Positions 54,788 through 64,000 of a stretch of DNA of 64,000 nt are shown here, piece after piece (position 1 is the first letter of the stretch; the number at the start of each line of letters is the position of its first letter). The notes beneath the pieces are model-generated. The model was not told the DNA's origin and did no database searches. It saw only the letters and a list, made by a program, of their open reading frames with translations. The stretch is from Eledone cirrhosa (lineage: Eukaryota). The position numbers and the translations under genes were made by a program. The stretch lies in NCBI GenBank assembly GCA_964016885.1, contig OZ024740.1, positions 64,232,001 through 64,296,000 of the forward strand. Reading direction: 5' to 3'.

Positions 54788-57700
54788 TTCCGACCACCAC
54801 CAGTAATGGATTCCACACCACCGGTCATCGTTCCAGCTATCCACCCCACAACATGAGAAATATCCAACACCTTATCGCACACTCCACGGAACTACCTTAG
54901 GAACTTACCCACGAACAAACACTCACATTTTACTTCGAACCACGCCACCTACATCCTTACCACGTATAAACACAAACACACACGTGCGCATCCCCACATA
55001 TACACACTCACCCTCCGCAATCCACACGCCCCCACCCATCTCCATCCACACGCACGCAAACACCGACTTAGAGCCCACCCCACGCACACACCTTTTCCTG
55101 AACATAGAACCTCGTTCTTCCCCCAACTCTCACATTCACATACACACGCACACACACACGTACACCTACACACATACGCAAACACCACCTTCAGCCCTCC
55201 CCGCCTCCCTCTCCCAACTCCACCCGCCACTAGCCCTACACGCCTCACCTCATTCCACCAATTGTTTATTTTATGTCTATTTTTATGTTAATTTTTATTT
55301 TTATTTGTACTTCTTCAATCGATTTTCCTCCCTTTTCTCTCCCCCTTTTTTCTAAATGTATTTCCACCACTCACCCACACACCCTCGGAACTCTCTTCCT
55401 ACCCACTTTTCTCCTGATGAAGGGCTTATGCCCGAAACGTCGTTCCCCACCCCCACTCTCAAAAGCGTGAACCTAATAAACTCTTAATTGTACTGCCTCT
55501 CTGTTTTTGTTCCCATCTAAGTTTTAACTATACGATACATGCTCACACGGCTTCCACACCACCTTGGAATACCACATTGACCACCGGCTCAACTCCGATT
55601 TAATCCGCCGTGACCAACCTCTGAACTTTCCCCAAACTCTTCCACAAACCTTTTCTTTCCTTGTTAATTTTTTCCTATTCTATTGCATTATTTCTTGATT
55701 ATTTTACTGAATTTGTTTATTTCTGCTTATGATTTTTTGTCTATTGATTACCTGTGTATACTTTCACCTCCTTACGATAATTTTGTTTTGATTTTCCCTC
55801 CCCCATCTCTGTCTACCCTTTTTGCACTTACACCTCCCTCCCCCCTGGCATCACCCCCCCCCCCCGATTTAACCCCACGCCCACCGTGCCCAGCCTGAAA
55901 TATTTTCTTCACCAACTCCACACCCGCCTCAAACATTTCCTCACACCCGTCCTCCCAGCCTGCTATCTCCCCTCAGCCCTCCAATTCTCCTACCTTCTCT
56001 TCGCCAAAACCCGGCATTCCAGCCACATACATTTCCTCAGCCGCTGGCTCCACCTCCACCTCATCCCCCATGGCTTCCGACTACACTTCCACACCTCTCC
56101 TATGCTTCCCCCTCCACCCAACGTATCCTCACCCGATCCTCGCGCCTCCTAATGCGCAACTCCCTCCGCTCCTCCCTCTCCACCATCCACAACCTTGACC
56201 ACAAACTCACCCCCACTCTCCCCCGCCTTAACTTCGCATGCCACCCCCTCCTCGCCCACTCCATCTTCCTCTTCCTCCAAAACCTCAACTACGACGTCTT
56301 CTCCTTCCTCACCTCCACCAAAGCCCTTAAGCTACACTCACTCCTCCCCACCATCCACTTTCCACCACCCCTCGCCCATCCCCGTGACCCCCACATCCAT
56401 ACCACAAATCCCCACCACCCTCCACCACTCACTTCCCTACCCCGTCCCACACCCCTACCTCATCTCCGACCCTCCACCCCACCCATCACCACACCCTCCC
56501 CACCCCTTCTCACACACAAAACGCCCCCACCCCCATTTGCTGTCACCATACCCCCTGACCTTCCCCTCCCCACACCCCGCACAGCGACGATTTCCGCACC
56601 CGGACGGAAGTCGAGCGATTCGTGCGACGCACGGAGCTACAGGCACATTTTCATCAAACCCCACCGGCTCCAACGCCCCAGACCCGTTTCTCGCCCTGGG
56701 CCGACGACCATCATATTGAACGCCGGCACCAGGGTAACTTAGCACCCTGGACACGTTCGTCGACGCCTGCCGTAGCGCCGTAAATCGCTTCGACTTCCGC
56801 CACCGTTCCAAACGGCATAACATCACACGGGGCGAACTCCTCGCTCTCCGCTCCTCCGTAGCCGAGATGACATCGTCATCAAACCGGCGGACAAGGGAGG
56901 CGCCGTGGTGGTGTGGCGCGCTGACCTCTACACGGCCGAAGCCCTCAGGCAGCTCCGTAACCCTCTCTTCTACCGCCCTCTACCTTACGAGCCCACACCC
57001 CTCTACCAACAACAAGTTTCATCCAGCATCCAACACCATTTCATCTGGAGAGGTCCCCCCCCTCGTCCACACCGCTCTCACTCGCGCCCGTGCTATCCAC
57101 CGCTCTACCGCCCTCACCCCACGACACCGCACACTCACCCATCGTCTCCCCTTCTCCATCACCTACAACCCCTCCACCCTACCCATCCACTGCACCATCA
57201 TCGGCCTTTTCCGACGTCTCCACATCCCCTTCTTCCCATCCCCACTCCCTTCCTTCAAACGCGCGCGCAATCTCCTCAGCCTCCTTGTCCGCAGCTCCCT
57301 ACCACCCAACTCCCGCTCTTCTTCCCCCCGGTTCCCTTCCCTGCTCCAGGCCTCGCTGCCACACCTACCACCACATCACAAACACCACCACCTTTCAGGG
57401 TCCCAACGGCCACTCTCTCTCTGTCCGGCACACCTTCCGCTGCACCTCCTCCAGCCTAGTCGGACAGACTGGACGTCGCCTGGCGGACCGTTTCACTGAA
57501 CACCTCCAGGATATTCGTCTCGGCGAGAGTTCCCCCATCGCCCGCCACTTTGGGTCCCCTGGATATTCCGCCCACCACCTCACAGTCTGTAGCCTACTCC
57601 AATGCCATGGAACACCCTCCACCCGCCTCACGGTCGAACAACACACCATCTTCACCCTACAGACCCACATACCTCTCGGCCTGAACACACCCCTATTCCT

Positions 57701-57890
57701 TTAGCCTTCGACCGCCCACCTTTCCCCCCACACATCCCCCAATAACACCACTAACACACTCCTCCTTTTCACCGCCCCACCCCCTTGGCCCACCCCACAA
57801 CTAATAATACGAACACACACCATCACACACACACCCACCCACACCTACGTTGCCACACAACCAACTACCACTAACCCCCATTTACATACC
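54788..57890 (+). mobile_element. Internally deleted C-rich Neptune-like PLE with 5' pLTR
   Basis: pLTR 54788-55530; KTRHSSHIHFL..LIPHGF; VIKPADKGGAVVV; RT core absent; PCSRPRC; GQTGRRLADRFTEH...PLGLN. Confidence 0.85.
55414..55441 (+). ncRNA. Hammerhead-like core in pLTR (helix I not evident)
   Basis: CTGATGA-a-gggc ttat gccc-GAAA-cg-TC; mutated copy at ~45055-45083 minus. Confidence 0.5.
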
Positions 57891-58356
57891 TATGCTGGCA
57901 TAGGTATGCATCTGTATATATATGTTAGTAGATATACTAATTCTTTATAATTATCTCTAAATTATTTTGTCGAGCCAAAATTGGCCAAAACTGCTACTAT
58001 AGTTCATAGTAACGGTCCGGCTGCTGTCTTCTTAACAAACCACTCTTCACTGATTGAACTCGATGTCACGTGATTGATTCTTTTGAATTTGCCACCGACG
58101 CAGTAGGCAGTGATTTTTTCAATGGCTTGGAACTTAGTCCACGCTTTGCTTTTTTCCATCCACTGAATTATTTTTGTATAAGTTCCCTGTGTCCACATAT
58201 TGCCGGGAAACTTAGCTGAGAATAGACTTCCCTGATGACGAAAGGATTCTCCGTACGTTTCTTCGGAAACTATGTTTATTCCCTTTCAGAAACTAATTAG
58301 TTGGAGTGAAATTTTAGTAAGTTAATTTTTTTAATTTTCTTACTTTACGTCTCTCA

Positions 58357-60983
58357 TATATATATATATGTGAATATAGACATAGAATATTCGAAAATAT
58401 TCTGTATGTTTATAATAAACATTTTGAAGACCTAATCGCTATAGAATAGAATACGTCACGTATTACAATTAGATTCTCGATAAAAGCAAGGGAAGTAATC
58501 TACGCGTTTCATTCTTGTTAGAAATCATCAGGACTACATATCCAGTGCTTTTATCGAGAATGACACAGCTAGAGACTTATAGAATACTTAGCTGTGTACA
58601 GGAACTGGTTTGAAAGAGCGGTTGCCGGTCCGGCAGAAATTAGAAATTGGAATAAATGCTCTGAAATAGCGATATATATGTGAATATAGACATAGAATAT
58701 TCGAAAATATTCTGTATGTTTATAATAAACATTTTGAAGACCTAATCGCTATAGAATAGAATACGTCACGTATTACAATTAGATTCTCGATAAAAGCAAG
58801 GGAAGTAATCTACGCGTTTCATTCTTGTTAGAAATCATCAGGACTACATATCCAGTGCTTTTATCGAGAATGACACAGCTAGAGACTTATAGAATACTTA
58901 GCTGTGTACAGGAACTGGTTTGAAAGAGCGGTTGCCGGTCCGGCAGAAATTAGAAATTGGAATAAATGCTCTGAAATAGCGATATATATGTGAATATAGA
59001 CATAGAATATTCGAAAATATTCTGTATGTTTATAATAAACATTTTGAAGACCTAATCGCTATAGAATAGAATACGTCACGTATTACAATTAGATTCTCGA
59101 TAAAAGCAAGGGAAGTAATCTACGCGTTTCATTCTTGTTAGAAATCATCAGGACTACATATCCAGTGCTTTTATCGAGAATGACACAGCTAGAGACTTAT
59201 AGAATACTTAGCTGTGTACAGGAACTGGATATGTAGTCCTGATGATTTCTAACAAGAATGAAACGCGTAGATTACTTCCCTTGCTTTTATCGAGAATCTA
59301 ATTGTAATACGTGACGTATTCTATTCTATAGCGATTAGGTCTTCAAAATGTTTATTATAAACATACAGAATATTTTCGAATATTCTATGTCTATATTCAC
59401 ATATATATCGCTATTTCAGAGCATTTATTCCAATTTCTAATTTCTGCCGGACCGGCAACCGCTCTTTCAAACCAGTTCCTGTACACAGCTAAGTATTCTA
59501 TAAGTCTCTAGCTGTGTCATTCTCGATAAAAGCACTGGATATGTAGTCCTGATGATTTCTAACAAGAATGAAACGCGTAGATTACTTCCCTTGCTTTTAT
59601 CGAGAATCTAATTGTAATACGTGACGTATTCTATTCTATAGCGATTAGGTCTTCAAAATGTTTATTATAAACATACAGAATATTTTCGAATATTCTATGT
59701 CTATATTCACATATATATCGCTATTTCAGAGCATTTATTCCAATTTCTAATTTCTGCCGGACCGGCAACCGCTCTTTCAAACCAGTTCCTGTACACAGCT
59801 AAGTATTCTATAAGTCTCTAGCTGTGTCATTCTCGATAAAAGCACTGGATATGTAGTCCTGATGATTTCTAACAAGAATGAAACGCGTAGATTACTTCCC
59901 TTGCTTTTATCGAGAATCTAATTGTAATACGTGACGTATTCTATTCTATAGCGATTAGGTCTTCAAAATGTTTATTATAAACATACAGAATATTTTCGAA
60001 TATTCTATGTCTATATTCACATATATATCGCTATTTCAGAGCATTTATTCCAATTTCTAATTTCTGCCGGACCGGCAACCGCTCTTTCAAACCAGTTCCT
60101 GTACACAGCTAAGTATTCTATAAGTCTCTAGCTGTGTCATTCTCGATAAAAGCACTGGATATGTAGTCCTGATGATTTCTAACAAGAATGAAACGCGTAG
60201 ATTACTTCCCTTGCTTTTATCGAGAATCTAATTGTAATACGTGACGTATTCTATTCTATAGCGATTAGGTCTTCAAAATGTTTATTATAAACATACAGAA
60301 TATTTTCGAATATTCTATGTCTATATTCACATATATATCGCTATTTCAGAGCATTTATTCCAATTTCTAATTTCTGCCGGACCGGCAACCGCTCTTTCAA
60401 ACCAGTTCCTGTACACAGCTAAGTATTCTATAAGTCTCTAGCTGTGTCATTCTCGATAAAAGCACTGGATATGTAGTCCTGATGATTTCTAACAAGAATG
60501 AAACGCGTAGATTACTTCCCTTGCTTTTATCGAGAATCTAATTGTAATACGTGACGTATTCTATTCTATAGCGATTAGGTCTTCAAAATGTTTATTATAA
60601 ACATACAGAATATTTTCGAATATTCTATGTCTATATTCACATATATATCGCTATTTCAGAGCATTTATTCCAATTTCTAATTTCTGCCGGACCGGCAACC
60701 GCTCTTTCAAACCAGTTCCTGTACACAGCTAAGTATTCTATAAGTCTCTAGCTGTGTCATTCTCGATAAAAGCACTGGATATGTAGTCCTGATGATTTCT
60801 AACAAGAATGAAACGCGTAGATTACTTCCCTTGCTTTTATCGAGAATCTAATTGTAATACGTGACGTATTCTATTCTATAGCGATTAGGTCTTCAAAATG
60901 TTTATTATAAACATACAGAATATTTTCGAATATTCTATGTCTATATTCACATATATATCGCTATTTCAGAGCATTTATTCCAA
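58357..60983. repeat. 310-bp hammerhead-containing tandem array with internal inversion (retrozyme-like)
   Basis: Period 310. About 2.8 monomers in one orientation, a switch at 59224-59228, then about 5.7 monomers in the other; short (TA)n at both ends. Confidence 0.95.
59233..59275 (+). ncRNA. Minimal type I hammerhead; one per monomer (6 plus, 3 minus)
   Basis: gtagtc-CTGATGA-tttct aaca agaat-GAAA-cgcg-TA-gattac. Plus-strand cores at 59239, 59549, 59859, 60169, 60479, 60789; minus copies at 58495-58537, 58805-58847, 59115-59157. Confidence 0.88.
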
Positions 60984-60992
60984 TATATATAT

Positions 60993-62381
60993 GATTTTAA
61001 ATCGTATGGTTGATTGTAGACTTGTTCTATATGTGACGGTATGTTAACGATAGTTATAGCTCTGATACATCTGAATTATTGAGCCCTCTGCCGCTCATAT
61101 CGAATCTCGTTTATCGTGAACTCGTGCGCCGATTTTTCGATACTCGATCTTTCTAATATATTTAGCTCTGGACATAGCTATCCACCAGTTAATTTTATTG
61201 CTCATTTTTTGTCGATTCTATTGAGTGATGAATAGCTTTTGTTTTATTTTAACATGTCTATTGAGCACTCTAATTCGATATGTGTATTTCCACATTCACT
61301 CGAATTGTTTTCGCGGATATAGGGGTCATCTCCCTTGTCTAATGCCATGTGCGTTTTTCACTGGTAGTTGGCTCCTCTGCCGCCAGGAAAAAACTCGTTG
61401 AGAAAGTAAAACTCCGTTCCGCTTACTCTAGTAGGCTTTTATATTTATATGTGAGCTGATAGAGTACAGTCTAAGGATTTACAGAAACCCATGAAGCTAG
61501 ATTTAACACCTGTCTAGTGGGTCCTGGTATGATTTTACATTCATTTAAATTATTGACGTATTGTTTTATTGATATTTTTTATCTGTTTGTCCCGAATCTT
61601 CCTCTATCGATTTTAAATCGTATGGTTGATTGTAGACTTGTTCTATATGTGACGGTATTTTAACGATAGTTATAGCTCTGATTCATCTGAATTATTGAGC
61701 CCTCTGCCGCTCATATCGAATCTCGTTTATCGTGAACTCGTGCGCCGATTTTTCGATACTCGATCTTTCTAATATATTTAGCTCTGGACATAGCTATCCA
61801 CCAGTTAATTTTATTGCTCATTTTTTGTCGATTCTATTGAGTGATGAATAGCTTTTGTTTTATTTTAACATGTCTATTGAGCACTCTAATTCGATATGTG
61901 TATTTCCACATTCACTCGAATTGTTTTCGCGGATATAGGGGTCATCTCCCTTGTCTAATGCCATGTGCGTTTTTCACTGGTAGTTGGCTCCTCTGCCGCC
62001 AGGAAAAAACTCGTTGAGAAAGTAAAACTCCGTTCCGCTTACTCTAGTAGGCTTTTATATTTATATGTGAGCTGATAGAGTACAGTCTAAGGATTTACAG
62101 AAACCCATGAAGCTAGATTTAACACCTGTCTAGTGGGTCCGGGTATGATTTTACATTCATTTAAATTATTGACGTATTGTTTTATTGATATTTTTTATCT
62201 GTTTGTCCCGAATCTTCCTCTATCGATTTTAAATCGTATGGTTGATTGTAGACTTGTTCTATATGTGACGGTATTTTAACGATAGTTATAGCTCTGATTC
62301 ATCTGAATTATTGAGCCCTCTGCCGCTCATATCGAATCTCGTTTATCGTGAACTCGTGCGCCGATTTTTCGATACTCGATC

Positions 62382-62388
<7 letters not shown>
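60993..62388 (+). repeat. 616-bp tandem repeat, ~2.3 copies, between (TA)n tracts
   Basis: gattttaaatcgtatgg starts at 60993, 61609 and 62225; copies are nearly identical. Confidence 0.95.
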
Positions 62389-62466
<78 letters not shown>

Positions 62467-62468
62467 CG

Positions 62469-62685
<217 letters not shown>

Positions 62686-62686
62686 T

Positions 62687-62737
<51 letters not shown>

Positions 62738-62739
<2 letters not shown>

Positions 62740-62882
62740 CAAAGGAGGTGTGGTAAGGAACCAGATGGACCATTACGCACCAGAGTACTCAATACCTAGG
62801 GTAGTAGAGTGGGCAATAGGAAAAAAGGTCCAGAAATAGCCGTCGAAACGGCTTGAGCTCTGCCGTCGGGGTCAAACTTATT

Positions 62883-62886
<4 letters not shown>
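62738..62886 (-). mobile_element. Diverged family A tail with inverted segment
   Basis: Similar to 49290-49488; flanked by (TA)n. Confidence 0.65.
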
Positions 62887-62926
<40 letters not shown>

Positions 62927-62929
62927 CAT

Positions 62930-64000
62930 ACTTCCGCCACCGTTCCAAACGGAATAACATCTCACGGGGCGAACTCCTCGCTCTCCGCTCCCTCCGTAGC
63001 CGAGATGACATCGTCATCAAACCGGCGGACAAGGGAGGCGCCGTGGTGGTGTGGCGCGCGGACCTCTACACTTCCGAAGCCCTCAGGCAGCTCCGTAACC
63101 CCCTCTTCTACCGCCCTCTACCCTCCGATCCCACACCCCTCTACCAACAACAAGTTTCATCCACCATCCAACACCTTGTCTCCTACTCCCTCCTCCCCCA
63201 CCGCTTCCCACCTCATCGTCCGCACCCCCCGCACCCCCACCATCTACTTCCTCCCCAAACTCCACAAACCCGACAACCCTGGCCGCCCCATCGTCTCCGC
63301 TTGCAACTGACCCACCGAACTCATCTCCGCCTTTCTCGATCCATCCTCTCCCCCCCTGTCACCACCCTCCCCTCTCACATCTCCGACACCAAACACGCCC
63401 TGCGCCTTTTCGACTCCTTCACCTACCCACACGGCCTACAGCCCTTCCTCTTCACCCTAGACATCAAGTCCCTCTATACCGTCATCCCCCACGCCGACGG
63501 CCTACGCACCCTCAAACACTACCTCGGCCTTCGCCCCTCCCCCATTGCATCCACCCCCACCCTCCTTCGCCTCGCCGAGCAGGTCCTCACCCTCAACTGT
63601 TTCTCCTTCTCGGGTGAGTTTTACCAACAGGTCACGGGGGTAGCCATGGGTACAAGAATGGGCCCAAACTATGCCAACCTTTTTGTTGGCCATGTTGAGG
63701 CCCAAATCTTTGCCCAGTACACTGGCCCCACGCCCAAACTGTACGGTCGTTACATCGACGACTGTATCGGAACCACGACCCTCACCCGAGAACAGCTCGA
63801 CTCCTTTCTCTCCTTCTTCTGCTCCTTCCACCCCTCCCTCCACTTCACCACCTCTATCTCCACCACACACGTCCACTTCTTAGACATCTCCGTCGCCTTC
63901 GACCCCTCCCACCACTCCCTCGTCACCTCCACCTTCTTCAAACCCACCGACTCCCACTCCTACCTCGACTTCACCTCTTCCCACCCCACTCACACTAAAC
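62930..64000 (+). pseudogene. C-rich Neptune-like PLE RT, 5'-truncated, runs off the window
   Basis: ADKGGAVVV, FLPKLHK, GRPIVS, DIKSLYT, GVAMG, RYIDD and FLD; has frameshifts and a TGA at 63308. Confidence 0.92.

Noticed and set aside
58357-62388. Tandem arrays as CRISPR or rDNA/snRNA repeats
   Set aside because: There are no unique spacers and no recognisable rRNA or snRNA sequence, and the context is eukaryotic.
63308-63310. In-frame TGA at a probable Cys position (SACN*PTE), suggesting selenocysteine as in Naiad PLEs
   Set aside because: It is a single TGA in a copy that also has frameshifts, the family has a C-terminal nuclease (not Naiad), and no SECIS is visible.

Overview
This is eukaryotic, AT-rich, transposon-saturated DNA with abundant (TA)n, (CA)n, (CT)n and (ATT)n microsatellites. 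The tRNA-derived SINEs resemble those I recall from Octopus, so a cephalopod origin is likely but inferred. No host protein-coding gene can be supported. Non-PLE contents: two tandem full-length Tx1/L1-clade LINEs in the (ATT)n tail of an R4/Dong LINE, RTE LINEs (one with an uninterrupted ORF), a Tigger/pogo transposon, Helitron- and hAT-like non-autonomous elements, and SINEs. There are also several Penelope-like element (PLE) families with pseudo-LTRs and fold-back structures. Four observations stand out: (1) a 310-bp tandem/inverted array carrying one complete minimal hammerhead ribozyme per monomer (retrozyme-like), next to a 616-bp tandem repeat with a variant hammerhead; (2) hammerheads from about six unrelated repeat families; (3) a shared UU-bulged hairpin 40-75 nt before the (TA)n junction in several unrelated repeat tails; (4) a Neptune-like PLE whose two ORFs overlap at an in-phase T TTT TTA -1 frameshift heptamer. 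All structures were read by eye; no searches or folding were run.
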